A stretch of 64,000 bases of DNA from a virus, in IMG/VR virus record IMGVR_UViG_3300044643_000612, positions 1 to 64,000 of that record. The stretch is one strand, 5' to 3'. Made by a program: the position numbers and the translations under genes. The notes below the pieces were generated by a model. The model saw only the letters and a program-made list of their open reading frames with translations, was not told where the DNA came from and did no database searches. This document shows, one piece after another, positions 9,320 to 19,111 of the stretch; the stretch's first letter is position 1; every line of letters begins with the position of its first letter.

Positions 9320-9880
9320 ATGTCCGCGACTTCCCAACCGTTCGGCCTTCGTCCTGTGACTTCTCCTAGCGGCGTGGTTCGTCCCGTCGCTATGTCGATC
9401 CTCACGGCCTACGGCGCGAACATCCTCCAGAACCAGCCGGTGAAGATCGGCACCAACGGGACCATCGAGGCTGCCGCCATCGGCGACCGCTTCGTCGGGT
9501 CCTTCCAGGGTGTCGAGTTCACTGACAGCGACGGTCGCCGTCGCGTGTCGAACAAGTGGACGTCCGGCACGACCGGCACCGACATCATCGCCTACGTCAC
9601 GGTCGATCCGACCATCGTCTACGAAATCCAGTCTTCGGCGGCCATCGCGGTCACTGATATTGGCTCGCAGGCGGACTACACGACCATCACCGCCGGCTCC
9701 ACGGTCACTGGCCTGTCGCAGCTTATGCTCGACGCCGCCACCCTGACCACCTCCGCCAACGCTTCCTTGCGGATCCTCAACGTCTCGCCCGGCCCCGACA
9801 ATGCGTTCGGGGACACCTACGTCATCCTTCAGGTCCAGATCGCTGAACACCAGTTCATCGCTGACCGCGTCGCCTTCTAA
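9320..9880 (+). CDS. putative capsid decoration/cement protein
   Basis: beta-rich ORF starting PFGLRP, immediately before the capsid gene. Confidence 0.6.
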   Translation: MSATSQPFGLRPVTSPSGVVRPVAMSILTAYGANILQNQPVKIGTNGTIEAAAIGDRFVGSFQGVEFTDSDGRRRVSNKWTSGTTGTDIIAYVTVDPTIVYEIQSSAAIAVTDIGSQADYTTITAGSTVTGLSQLMLDAATLTTSANASLRILNVSPGPDNAFGDTYVILQVQIAEHQFIADRVAF

Positions 9881-9894
9881 GGAGGACCCGCACC

Positions 9895-10809
9895 ATGGCT
9901 AATCCTATGAGGTCAACCGACTTCCGGTCCATCGTTGAGCCCATCCTCAACGAATCGTTCAACGGCGTGTACGACCAGCGCGCAGACGAGTGGAAGCAAG
10001 TCTTCACGGAGTTCCAAGGCATTGCCCGGAACTACCACGAGGAAGTGATGCTCTACGGCATGGGCACCGCGCCTGAACTGCCGGACGGTATGCCCGTCAC
10101 CTACCAGTCGGGTGGCGTGCTGTTCGTCCAGCGGTACATCTACAAGGTCTACGGTCTGGCTTTCGCCCTGACCAAGGTCCTTGTCGAGGACGGCGACCAC
10201 ATCCGCGTCGGCCAGACCTACTCCAAGCACCTCGCCCAGTCCCTGGTCGAGACCAAGGAGACCCTCGGCGCCAACATCCTGAACCGTGCCTTCAACGGCT
10301 CGTACACGGGTGGTGACGGCGTGGCTCTGGTGGTGAACAACCACCCCATCGTCAACGGCACGGCCTCCAACGTCCTGAGCACCGCCGCGGCGCTGTCTCA
10401 GACCTCGCTGGAGCAGATGCTCATCCAGATCCGCAACGCCGTCGACAACAACGGCAAGCGCATCCGCCTGACGCCGAAGAAGCTGGTCATTGGTCCGTCC
10501 AACACCTTCCAAGCCGAAGTGCTGCTCAACTCCGCGCTCCGCGCCGGCACCGCCAACAACGACATCAACCCCGTCAAGTCGATGGGTCTGCTGTCCGGCG
10601 GCCAGGCCAACCTCTCGCGTATCACCTCGACCACCGCTTGGTGGATCCAGACCGATGCGCCCGAGGGCCTGAAGCTGGCCAAGCGTCGCGGGCTGGAGAA
10701 GTCCATGGAAGGCGACTTCGAGACCGACTCCATGCGCTACAAGGCCACTGAGCGTTATGCGTTCAACTGGACTGACTGGCGCGGCGTCTACGGGACCGCT
10801 GGCGTCTGA
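9895..10809 (+). CDS. major capsid protein
   Basis: 304 aa; strong GGAGG RBS; highly biased codons; ends YKATERYAFNWTDWRGVYG like Mu gpT-type capsids. Confidence 0.88.
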   Translation: MANPMRSTDFRSIVEPILNESFNGVYDQRADEWKQVFTEFQGIARNYHEEVMLYGMGTAPELPDGMPVTYQSGGVLFVQRYIYKVYGLAFALTKVLVEDGDHIRVGQTYSKHLAQSLVETKETLGANILNRAFNGSYTGGDGVALVVNNHPIVNGTASNVLSTAAALSQTSLEQMLIQIRNAVDNNGKRIRLTPKKLVIGPSNTFQAEVLLNSALRAGTANNDINPVKSMGLLSGGQANLSRITSTTAWWIQTDAPEGLKLAKRRGLEKSMEGDFETDSMRYKATERYAFNWTDWRGVYGTAGV

Positions 10810-10818
10810 TTGAGGCAA

Positions 10819-10840
10819 GCCCGGCGCTTCGGCGCCGGGC
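10819..10840 (+). terminator. GC hairpin with UUCG loop after the capsid gene
   Basis: GCCCGGCGC-TTCG-GCGCCGGGC; no U-tract, so it may be an attenuator or mRNA stabiliser. Confidence 0.55.
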
Positions 10841-10879
10841 GAACCTTGTCAGCCTAACTTCAAGCCAAAGGACAACACC

Positions 10880-11320
10880 ATGGCTCAAACCCACCTAAGC
10901 GGCCCTCTGGCCTCCGGCGACAAGCAGCCCGGTACGCCCGGCGGCAACAACATCGGGCTGGCGGTTCTGTCGCAGACCTTCCTGATCGACTTCGACGCGA
11001 CCTTGGTGCAGACCCGGTCTGTCCTGCTCCCGGTCAACAGCCAGATTGTCAACATCCTCTGCGACGTGCTGACCGCCTACAACAGCGCCACTTCGGCGAC
11101 GCTGACTGTGGGCACCGCTGCGGCGGGCACCCAGTACGCCTCGGGCGTCAACGCCAAAACCGCTGGCCGGACCATCCCGACCTTCACGGCGGCGCAACTG
11201 GCCGCGATGGACGACACCGGGACGAGCGAGGGCGTGTTCGCCACCGTGACCTCCGTCGGCCAGCCGACTGCCGGTCAGGTCCGCGTGACCGTCAACTACG
11301 TCCAGACCACGGGCATCTAA
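10880..11320 (+). CDS. virion structural protein
   Basis: T/A/V-rich ORF with RBS after the capsid gene. Confidence 0.7.
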   Translation: MAQTHLSGPLASGDKQPGTPGGNNIGLAVLSQTFLIDFDATLVQTRSVLLPVNSQIVNILCDVLTAYNSATSATLTVGTAAAGTQYASGVNAKTAGRTIPTFTAAQLAAMDDTGTSEGVFATVTSVGQPTAGQVRVTVNYVQTTGI

Positions 11321-11371
11321 GCCTGGGGGCCGGTCCTCGGATCGGCCCTCACCTCTTTCGGAGACGACACC

Positions 11372-11698
11372 ATGCGTCCAGTGACAGTCAGCCAGACCGG
11401 CGTCGGCAGCAGCACGGTTGTCATCCCTGACTACATGCTCAACCCCTTCAACATCGGGGTCGCGGTCAAGGTGACAGGCACCGTCACCTACACGGTTGAG
11501 CACACGTTCGACGACGTGTTCGCTCCCACATTCAGCCCCGCCTCGGCCACCTGGTTCTCGCACACGACCCTCGCTTCTCTTTCGGCGAACGCGGTCAGCA
11601 ACTACGCTTTCGCTGTCCGGGGGATCCGCGTCACCGTCACCGCCGGTTCCGGCACAGCATCACTGACCCTCGTCCAGTCGGGCGTGGCGTCGAACTAA
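11372..11698 (+). CDS. virion structural protein
   Basis: GGAG RBS; beta-rich composition. Confidence 0.7.
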   Translation: MRPVTVSQTGVGSSTVVIPDYMLNPFNIGVAVKVTGTVTYTVEHTFDDVFAPTFSPASATWFSHTTLASLSANAVSNYAFAVRGIRVTVTAGSGTASLTLVQSGVASN

Positions 11699-11709
11699 GA
11701 GGGTAGGAC

Positions 11710-12297
11710 ATGTCGGACAACGGGTTGTCTGCCGGGGGTGGAGCCTCAGACTTCGCCGCCAAGGTGGCTTTGGCTGCCGAGGGCGGGGTGGCGTTCGCCG
11801 ACCGCATCAACATGTTGCGACAGGCCGAGGAGGCCGCGACCAAGGCCAAGCAGGCGCTGGGCATCGCTGGTGACGCAGCCGAGGCGTTTGAGCAGGCTTC
11901 CGCCAAACTCTCCGCCGCCGCGGATAAGGTCGCCAAGGCCAAGTCGGAAGCCGAGGGCATCACGACGAAGGCCAAGGTCGCCGCCGACGAGATGACCGGC
12001 AAGGCCAACACGCTGCTCACCGAGGCCGGCCAGGTCAAGGTCGCTGCGGAAGCTGCCGCCAAGGCGCTCAAGGCCGAGGCAGACAAGGCGCTCAAGGCCG
12101 CCAAGGCGGAAGCCCAAGAATTGGTGCGAGCCGCCAAGGCCGAGGTCGGCGACATCGAGAAGGCGTCTGGCGCCGCGCAGGCTGCCCTTGCGGATGCCCT
12201 TGCCAAGAAGGCCGAGGCCGAGTCCACCGCCGCGACGCTCGAAGCCGCCAGCCGCGACTTCCTGGCCGTTCTGCGGGGTGTGACCAATGGCGGTTAA
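11710..12297 (+). CDS. Ala/Lys-rich coiled-coil protein
   Basis: composition; position in operon. Confidence 0.65.
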   Translation: MSDNGLSAGGGASDFAAKVALAAEGGVAFADRINMLRQAEEAATKAKQALGIAGDAAEAFEQASAKLSAAADKVAKAKSEAEGITTKAKVAADEMTGKANTLLTEAGQVKVAAEAAAKALKAEADKALKAAKAEAQELVRAAKAEVGDIEKASGAAQAALADALAKKAEAESTAATLEAASRDFLAVLRGVTNGG

Positions 12298-12661
12298 CTA
12301 CAGCACTGCGGTCAAGAACACCCGCATGACGGCGGTGCGCGACGCCATCGACGGCGGCGCTGGCCCCGGCACGTTGGAGATCTGCACCACCAGCTACACG
12401 ACCGTGCTGGCCACTGTCACGCTGGACGACCCGTGCGGCACCGTGTCGAGCGGCGTCTTGACGTTCAGCGCCCTGCCGATCAGCACCACGGCGTCGAACA
12501 ACGGCACGGCGGCGCTGGCGCGGTTCAAGGACTCCACCGGCACCGTGGTCTGCGACGGCCTGACGGTCGGCACCAGCGGCACGAATGTCATCGTCAGCAC
12601 CACGACGTTCACCTCCGGCCAGAGCGTCGACCTGACCGCAGCCACGATCACGCACGGGTAA
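12287..12661 (+). CDS. virion structural protein
   Basis: T/G-rich ORF overlapping the previous gene. Confidence 0.7.
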   Translation: MAVNYSTAVKNTRMTAVRDAIDGGAGPGTLEICTTSYTTVLATVTLDDPCGTVSSGVLTFSALPISTTASNNGTAALARFKDSTGTVVCDGLTVGTSGTNVIVSTTTFTSGQSVDLTAATITHG

Positions 12662-12667
12662 GGGGCC

Positions 12668-13087
12668 ATGGCTGACAACGTAGGCTACACACCCGGGTCA
12701 GGCGCAACGGTCGCCGCTGACGACATTGGCGGGGTGCTGCATCAACGCATCAAGATCGGCGTAGGCGAGGACGGGACGGCGGTTGACGTTTCAGAAGCCA
12801 ACCCCATGCCGTCTAGGGACGCAAACGCGGGCAACACCCTGCTTCGCATCCTGCAAATGCTCATGGCCCCTCTGGGCTACGACAAGTCGCTCCAGCGCCA
12901 GCGCGGAACGGTCCTCGTGGAGTCCGGCACCATAACGACCGTCGGCACGGTGACGACCGTCAGCACCGTCAACACGGTAACCACCCTCAGTAACATTACG
13001 TCGGTCGGCGGCTACCCGGCCCAAATGCAAATCATCGACGGAAACCGTGCAGCCTGGGCGCTGAACGTCCGCTCGCGCATCACCTGA
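12668..13087 (+). CDS. hypothetical structural protein
   Basis: contiguous ORF with TV repeats. Confidence 0.65.
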   Translation: MADNVGYTPGSGATVAADDIGGVLHQRIKIGVGEDGTAVDVSEANPMPSRDANAGNTLLRILQMLMAPLGYDKSLQRQRGTVLVESGTITTVGTVTTVSTVNTVTTLSNITSVGGYPAQMQIIDGNRAAWALNVRSRIT

Positions 13088-13094
13088 GGATCAC

Positions 13095-14705
13095 ATGGCA
13101 AACACCTTCAAGAAGGTCATCGACGCGCAAATCTGGCGTCAGGTTCAGCCCAGCCCCAATGCTCACGCTGCCGGGTCCTCGATGGCGTCGGACCTGCGGT
13201 CCACCCTGCTCCGCAACCCCTTCGTCTACGACATCGTCGGCGCGACGACCCTGAACCGCTTCAACATCATTTCAAAGGCGTGGCAGCCGATGACCTCCCC
13301 TGCTCTGGGAGGCAGTGTTGCGGCTGGAGCCACCTCGGCTTTTGCCCCGTCTCTCGGCTTGGTCGGCACCATTGCGGCAGGCGCGACGACCACGAGCGTC
13401 GTGATCTCGACGGCCTTCCCGACTGCGGTTGGCCTCAACATGCTGGCCAATCGCGGCGGCTCCGGCGACAAGGGCTTCAAACTCCGCATCACCGACACCA
13501 CAGCGGGCAAGGTGGAGGAGCGCTGGATCGTCGGCAATACGGTCGGCACGACCCCGACCATCACGGTCGAGACAGCCTTCACCTTCACCCCGGCTACGGG
13601 CGCTCGCTATGAAATCCTGGCCGGTCGCCTGTATATGCTCAACGCGGGCGCTTTGGCGGCAAACCAGTTCCGGTCCTTTGAGCTCGCCGCGAATACGCTT
13701 TCGGCCAGTTTGACGACGACCAACCTTCCCGCCACCATTGCCACAGACAGTGCGATGCTGGTTCTCGACGAGCAATACACGCCCTACAACATGGCCCCCG
13801 GCGAAGGGATGGTGAAGGGCTCCTTCACCTATGACACCGGCCTGAGCGCACTTGCGGCGACGGCAACGGGCGCTTCGACCCTCACCGGGCAGGCGACGGG
13901 CGGCGACGCGGTTGTGGCGGTCAACGAATACCGCAACTTCCAAATCCGGATCGTGCAGGACACCGTGACCCCGGCGGCGGTTGGCCAGCGGCGGATCATC
14001 GCTTCGCACACTGTCGGGGCCTCTCCGGTTTACACCCTGGGCACGGCTTGGACGACGACGCCTTCGTCCTCGGCAAAATACGTCATCGAACTGCCGAACC
14101 TGATGCTGCTGCGGTCGAGCGCCACCAACGTTGTCTATACCTACAACTACGGCGATGCGACCGTGAACAACGGCACCAACAGCATTGCGGCGGGTGCGTG
14201 GTCCATAACCTACTTCGGCAACGCCCCTGCGGCCCAAGCCGCCGGAGGGCTCTGGGCTCCGTCTTTCGGCATCCAACCCGATGCGGCCCGAAACGCTCGC
14301 CACAGCTTCAACTATTTCTTCCGAGGCGGCGCGGTTGTCACTCTCGACGTTCTGGACATCGCGGGGTCGATCACCGGAACGTGGACCGGGGGAATTACCT
14401 ACGACGGCAACAGCACGGCCATTGGCACTGGAACCACTGGCGTCTATGCCCCGTTTGAGAACGAAGGCCGGATGTTCTACCTGAACGCCTATGTGGCGTC
14501 GGCGCTCAACCAGTTCTTCCGCTTCGATGTGCAGAACAGGGTTCTGACGCCCTACACCAACACCGACTTTGTTCAATCGGGCAGTGCCGCCGTTGGCGGG
14601 CGCATGGCGGCTTACTGTGCCATCGACGGGACGGACACTTACGACGTCCTGCTTCTTAAGGCTCACACCTCCCAAATCTGTCAAGAACTCGTGGTGCTGG
14701 TGTGA
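13095..14705 (+). CDS. large beta-rich virion protein
   Basis: 536 aa, T/G/A-rich; GAGGA RBS. Confidence 0.7.
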   Translation: MANTFKKVIDAQIWRQVQPSPNAHAAGSSMASDLRSTLLRNPFVYDIVGATTLNRFNIISKAWQPMTSPALGGSVAAGATSAFAPSLGLVGTIAAGATTTSVVISTAFPTAVGLNMLANRGGSGDKGFKLRITDTTAGKVEERWIVGNTVGTTPTITVETAFTFTPATGARYEILAGRLYMLNAGALAANQFRSFELAANTLSASLTTTNLPATIATDSAMLVLDEQYTPYNMAPGEGMVKGSFTYDTGLSALAATATGASTLTGQATGGDAVVAVNEYRNFQIRIVQDTVTPAAVGQRRIIASHTVGASPVYTLGTAWTTTPSSSAKYVIELPNLMLLRSSATNVVYTYNYGDATVNNGTNSIAAGAWSITYFGNAPAAQAAGGLWAPSFGIQPDAARNARHSFNYFFRGGAVVTLDVLDIAGSITGTWTGGITYDGNSTAIGTGTTGVYAPFENEGRMFYLNAYVASALNQFFRFDVQNRVLTPYTNTDFVQSGSAAVGGRMAAYCAIDGTDTYDVLLLKAHTSQICQELVVLV

Positions 14706-14866
14706 CAATACCCGACTTGATCCGCCTGATGCAAAACCAACTCGCCACGCTGAACGGCATGTTGGCGACCGCCACGGTTCAGGGTGACGTTGCCCGCGTC
14801 GTGGCTCTTGATGCCCAAATCCTCCAGACCCAAGTGACCCTGGACCAACTCCGCTCTCTGCCCTGA
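14702..14866 (+). CDS. small coiled-coil protein (MTIPDLIRLMQNQL..., 54 aa)
   Basis: GTGA overlap with the upstream stop; fills the gap. Confidence 0.55.
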   Translation: MTIPDLIRLMQNQLATLNGMLATATVQGDVARVVALDAQILQTQVTLDQLRSLP

Positions 14867-14889
14867 GCGCCTAGACAGGAGGGCGTGAC

Positions 14890-15300
14890 ATGCTTCTGAC
14901 CCTCCTCTCCCCGCAGGGCGCTGCCGGGACGATCACCGTCACGCTTGCCGCCACCGAGGCGCAAGACGTTGCGGCGCTGAACGTCACGCTCACTGCCCCG
15001 ATCACTGCATCGCTTGCCGCCACTGAGGCGCAGGATCTCGCCGCGGTCGACGTGGTGGTGCGCACCGTTGTCACGCTGGCCGCCACCGAGGCGCAGGACG
15101 TTGCAGCACTCAGCGTCACGCTGGGGGCCGCGATCACCGCAGCCCTGGCCGCCACCGAGGCGCAGGACGTGGCGACGATCAGCATAACTGTCGGCGGCGG
15201 ACCAACCGAGCAATTTACGGTGAGCGGTCCTCATGTTACAGACATCTTCACCACGACCACCTTGTCGTATCCCTACGACATCAAGAGGCGCACGGCCTGA
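14890..15300 (+). CDS. repeat protein with four LAATEAQD units
   Basis: GGAGG RBS; internal repeats gccgccaccgaggcgcaggac. Confidence 0.65.
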   Translation: MLLTLLSPQGAAGTITVTLAATEAQDVAALNVTLTAPITASLAATEAQDLAAVDVVVRTVVTLAATEAQDVAALSVTLGAAITAALAATEAQDVATISITVGGGPTEQFTVSGPHVTDIFTTTTLSYPYDIKRRTA

Positions 15301-15302
15301 CC

Positions 15303-15626
15303 ATGTACGACCTGTCACTCAGAGAGCAGACGGAGCGGGCCAAGATCGCCATCGACGAAGCCTTGGGCCTGTTCAACGGAGCGCAAGCTGCGCCGCCCGG
15401 ACAGCCTCCCCGCCCGCCTGTCCCCTCCGCAGGTGCGCCCCCGTCTCCCGCTGCTCCTTCGGGACCGGGGGCTGCGGGGCCACCGGGTCAGGCCCAAGGC
15501 ACCCCGTTCGCCGGCGCTGCGTCGAACCCCGCCCTGCGCCAGCAGCAGGGCGCGCTGGGCTCGCTGGAGTCGGCCATGCAACAGCCGATGGTCCGCTCGG
15601 GCGGCCCGCTCATGCCGGAGTTCTGA
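15303..15626 (+). CDS. Pro/Ala/Gly-rich hypothetical protein
   Basis: contiguous ORF. Confidence 0.55.
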   Translation: MYDLSLREQTERAKIAIDEALGLFNGAQAAPPGQPPRPPVPSAGAPPSPAAPSGPGAAGPPGQAQGTPFAGAASNPALRQQQGALGSLESAMQQPMVRSGGPLMPEF

Positions 15627-15628
15627 CG

Positions 15629-15937
15629 ATGAAGGGCTACACGGACACCACGCGCACGGTCTACATGTCAGAGGGCGGCAAGACCCCGGCGTGGACCCGC
15701 AAGGCCGGCAAGGATCCAGACGGCGGCCTGAACGCCAAGGGTCGCGCCTCCTACAACCGCGCCAACCCCGGCAAGCCGGGCCTTAAGCCGCCCGCCCCGA
15801 ACCCCAAGACCGAGAAGGATGCGGCTCGCCGCAAGTCCTACTGCGCCCGCTCCGCCGGACAGGCGAAGATGTTTCCCGAAGCCGCCAAAGACCCAAACAG
15901 CCGCCTGCGCAAAGCCAGGCGGGCGTGGGACTGCTAA
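15629..15937 (+). CDS. basic phage protein (DUF6321-like)
   Basis: PAWTRKAGKDPDGGLNAKGRASYN...RRKSYCAR...SRLRKARRAWDC family pattern. Confidence 0.7.
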   Translation: MKGYTDTTRTVYMSEGGKTPAWTRKAGKDPDGGLNAKGRASYNRANPGKPGLKPPAPNPKTEKDAARRKSYCARSAGQAKMFPEAAKDPNSRLRKARRAWDC

Positions 15938-15953
15938 CCAAGGATCTGATCCC

Positions 15954-16571
15954 ATGAAAGGCTACAAGAACAGCACCAAGACGGTCTACGAGACCGAGGC
16001 GTCCGATTACGATTCCGGCTACCGTAGCGGCAAAGATGTTTACTCCAAAAGCCGTATGGCGTCCTCGATGACGCCCAGCGAAAAAGGCGGCGCGGCGGGG
16101 AAAATCTCGCGGGGCGTTATGCGGGCGACGGTCGTCAAGCCGACGGACGCCGTGGTCAAGGCGTTGTCGCGCACAGGGGCTCTCACCGACGACGGCGGCA
16201 CCAAAGCGTCCCCTGCCTACGTTAAAGGCCAACTGAAAGCCCGCAAGGACACCGTCGGCTACGCCAAGGGCGGCGCGGTCAAGGCTTCCCCGCCCAAAGC
16301 CTACGACGCGGTGAAGGACGAGCCCACCTCGCGCCCGCTGACTGCGGACCAGATGCGCAACCTCCGTAACCGCATGAAGGCTCCGAAGCGCGCCTACGAC
16401 CCGGTGAAGGACGAGCCCACCTCGCGCCCCTTCGCCAAGGGTGGCTACGCCAAGAAGGACATGGCCCAGGACAAGGCCACTGCCGGCAAGGCAGTCCACA
16501 AGCACGAGCGCAAGATGCACCCGGGCAAGCCTCTGACCAAGATGCAGATGGGCGGCAAGGTCGGTTGCTAG
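15954..16571 (+). CDS. basic Lys-rich protein with AKGG motifs and an internal duplication
   Basis: YAKGG, FAKGG, MQMGG; AYDxVKDEPTSRP occurs twice. Confidence 0.65.
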   Translation: MKGYKNSTKTVYETEASDYDSGYRSGKDVYSKSRMASSMTPSEKGGAAGKISRGVMRATVVKPTDAVVKALSRTGALTDDGGTKASPAYVKGQLKARKDTVGYAKGGAVKASPPKAYDAVKDEPTSRPLTADQMRNLRNRMKAPKRAYDPVKDEPTSRPFAKGGYAKKDMAQDKATAGKAVHKHERKMHPGKPLTKMQMGGKVGC

Positions 16572-16593
16572 GCCGACCTTAGTCCTATACAAT
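16565..16593 (+). promoter_or_regulatory. sigma70-type promoter
   Basis: TTGCTA-17 nt-TACAAT upstream of 16651. Confidence 0.6.
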
Positions 16594-16650
16594 CTCACCA
16601 GACAGGTCTGCTGCACATAGCAGACTGCTGACCCCAACAGCGGACCTGCC

Positions 16651-17637
16651 ATGGCCTACTCCGGCACAATCTCGCAGACTGTGTTCGATACCCGCAAGGT
16701 TGTCGACAACGCCTTCCGGCGAGCGAAGATGCTGCCTGAGACGGTCTCCGGCGAGCAGATCGACATCGCTCGGGACCAACTCTACCTGCTGCTCTCGAAC
16801 CTGGCCAATCGCGGTGTGCCGCTCTGGTGCGTCGAGAAGGTCATCGTCCCGCTCTACGAGGGCATCGGTGACGTCACCCTGCCCGCCGGCACTGTCGACA
16901 TCCTCAACGTCAACCTGCGCGTCTTGCAGGAAGTGACCGGCGTCAACACCGTCACCTCGACCACCTACAGCACCAGCTTCGGCACCGACACGCCCGTCAC
17001 CACCGTCGGCGTGCTGTGGTCGGCAGCCGCCGCGCCCATCGCCCTGGAGCGGTCGGTTGACGGCGCAACGTGGACCACCGTCCAGACCGAGACGCCGTCC
17101 GCCGGCGCGGGCGAGTGGACGTGGTTTGACGTCTCGCAGATCATCTCCGCGCCCTACTTCCGGGTGCGCGCCACGACCGGCGTGCTGTCCTACACCCAGG
17201 TCTACTTCGGCAACAACCCGACGGAAATCCCGTTCGGCAGGCTGAACAAGGACGACTACACGAACCTGCCCAACAAGGCGTTCAAGTCGCTCCGCCCCCT
17301 GCAATACTGGTTCGACCGGCAGGTCCCCGCGCCCGTCATGCACCTGTGGCCGGTGCCGGATAGTGGCTCCACCGTCTACCAGATCGTCGCCTGGCGCCAC
17401 CGGCATATCATGGACGTCGGCACCATGACGCAGGACGTCGAGGTCCCGCAGCGGTGGCTCGACGCCGTGATCGCCCTGCTCGCCGCCAAGCTGGCGTCGG
17501 AGATCCCCGAAGTGCCCGCCGACATGATCCCGCTGCTGGACGCCAAGGCCGCGCAGGCCGAAGCGGAAGCCTGGAGCGAGGAGCGGGACAACTCGCCCAT
17601 CCGCTGGGCACCCAACATCAGCGCGTACACGAGGTAG
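16651..17637 (+). CDS. probable head-tail adaptor/connector protein
   Basis: MAYSGT...LYLLLSNLANRGVPLW...HLWPVPD...VPQRWLDA pattern of podophage adaptors. Confidence 0.65.
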   Translation: MAYSGTISQTVFDTRKVVDNAFRRAKMLPETVSGEQIDIARDQLYLLLSNLANRGVPLWCVEKVIVPLYEGIGDVTLPAGTVDILNVNLRVLQEVTGVNTVTSTTYSTSFGTDTPVTTVGVLWSAAAAPIALERSVDGATWTTVQTETPSAGAGEWTWFDVSQIISAPYFRVRATTGVLSYTQVYFGNNPTEIPFGRLNKDDYTNLPNKAFKSLRPLQYWFDRQVPAPVMHLWPVPDSGSTVYQIVAWRHRHIMDVGTMTQDVEVPQRWLDAVIALLAAKLASEIPEVPADMIPLLDAKAAQAEAEAWSEERDNSPIRWAPNISAYTR

Positions 17638-17642
17638 GTTCG

Positions 17643-17945
17643 ATGCCGCTCTACCTCGACACCCGCGGACGCTCGACCCTCGGCATCGCGCTGTGCGCGC
17701 GGTGCAGCCGCAAGTTCTCGCTCGACGACCTGCAATCGGATCCGAACTTCCCGGGACTGATGGTCTGCAAGGCTGACCTTGACGAGTTCGACCCCTACCG
17801 CCTCCCGGCCCGCCAGACCGAGGACATCACCCTTCGCTTCGTGCGACCCGACGAGAGCATCGCCACGAACCCGGCTGGTGTGATCGCAGAGGACGGCGAC
17901 TACTTCCTCGTCACCGAGGACTTTGAGGAGTTCCTGCTCCCATGA
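17643..17945 (+). CDS. Cys-motif virion-associated protein
   Basis: IALCARCSRKF...GLMVC...RFVRPD; GAGGT RBS. Confidence 0.65.
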   Translation: MPLYLDTRGRSTLGIALCARCSRKFSLDDLQSDPNFPGLMVCKADLDEFDPYRLPARQTEDITLRFVRPDESIATNPAGVIAEDGDYFLVTEDFEEFLLP

Positions 17946-19099
17946 GCGTTCCCAGCAACCTCATCCCGACGCGCATCTCCCAACTCACGGAGTACATGGG
18001 CGTCGATGCGAACGGCTACCTGCCGTACATCATCGGCGGCGTCACCTATAAGGTGAAGTTCTCCACGCTGAACATCGCAGGGGCTGCGGTCTCGTCGTTC
18101 AGCGGCGGGACGACCGGCCTGACGCCGTCCTCGCCGACCAACGGCGCCGTCGTGCTCGGCGGCACTCTCGCTCTCGCGAACGGCGGCACGGGCGCCACGA
18201 CGGCTTCCGGCGCGCGCACGGCCCTCGGCCTTGGCACCGCAGCGACGACCAACGCCACGGACTACGCCACGGCGGCGCAGGGCACGAAGGCCGACACCGC
18301 TGTCCAGACTGTCGCCTCGGCGGACGGCACCGTCACGGTCACAGGCACCACGGCCATCGACCTCGCCGTGGCGTCGGTCGCCACGGTCATCGCGCGGGTC
18401 CGCAACAACACCGGCTCAACCATCACCAAGGGCTCGGCGGTCTACATCACCGGCGCCATCGGCCAACTCCCGACAGTGGCGCTGGCGCGGGCCGACACCG
18501 ACGCGACTTCGGCCCAGACCCTCGGGCTGATGGCCGCTGACCTGCCGAACAACACCAACGGCAACGTGGTCGTCATCGGCCACCTGACGGGCTTGAACAC
18601 CTCGGCCTACACGGACGGCCAGCAACTCTACCTGAGCGGCGCGACCGCTGGGGCACTGACGGCCACCAAGCCCTACGCCCCGACGCACCTCGTCTATGTC
18701 GCCGTGGTCGAGCACGCTCACCCGACGCAGGGCGAACTGTTCGTCAAGGTGCAGAACGGCTACGAACTGGACGAGTTGCACGACGTGGCGGCGCAGACGC
18801 CGTCTAACGGCCAGACCCTCGTGTTCAACAGCACCAACAGCCTATGGGAGAACAACACTGTCTCCTTGTCGCTAGGTGTAAACGGCACGCTGCCCGTCGC
18901 CAACGGCGGCACGGGCCAGACGTCCTACACCAACGGGCAACTGCTGATCGGCAACAACACCGGCAACACGCTGACGAAGGCCACGCTCACGGCGGGGACC
19001 GGCATCAGCATCACCAACGGTCCCGGCACCATCACTATCGCCGCGACCGCATCTGGACCCTCACTGGCGCAGGTCGTCGCCATGGCCTCCGCTCTCTAA
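17942..19099 (+). CDS. tail fibre-like protein
   Basis: NGGTG repeats; T/G/A-rich; LDELHDV fibre motif. Confidence 0.65.
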   Translation: MSVPSNLIPTRISQLTEYMGVDANGYLPYIIGGVTYKVKFSTLNIAGAAVSSFSGGTTGLTPSSPTNGAVVLGGTLALANGGTGATTASGARTALGLGTAATTNATDYATAAQGTKADTAVQTVASADGTVTVTGTTAIDLAVASVATVIARVRNNTGSTITKGSAVYITGAIGQLPTVALARADTDATSAQTLGLMAADLPNNTNGNVVVIGHLTGLNTSAYTDGQQLYLSGATAGALTATKPYAPTHLVYVAVVEHAHPTQGELFVKVQNGYELDELHDVAAQTPSNGQTLVFNSTNSLWENNTVSLSLGVNGTLPVANGGTGQTSYTNGQLLIGNNTGNTLTKATLTAGTGISITNGPGTITIAATASGPSLAQVVAMASAL

Positions 19100-19111
19100 G
19101 GACTGAACCTC

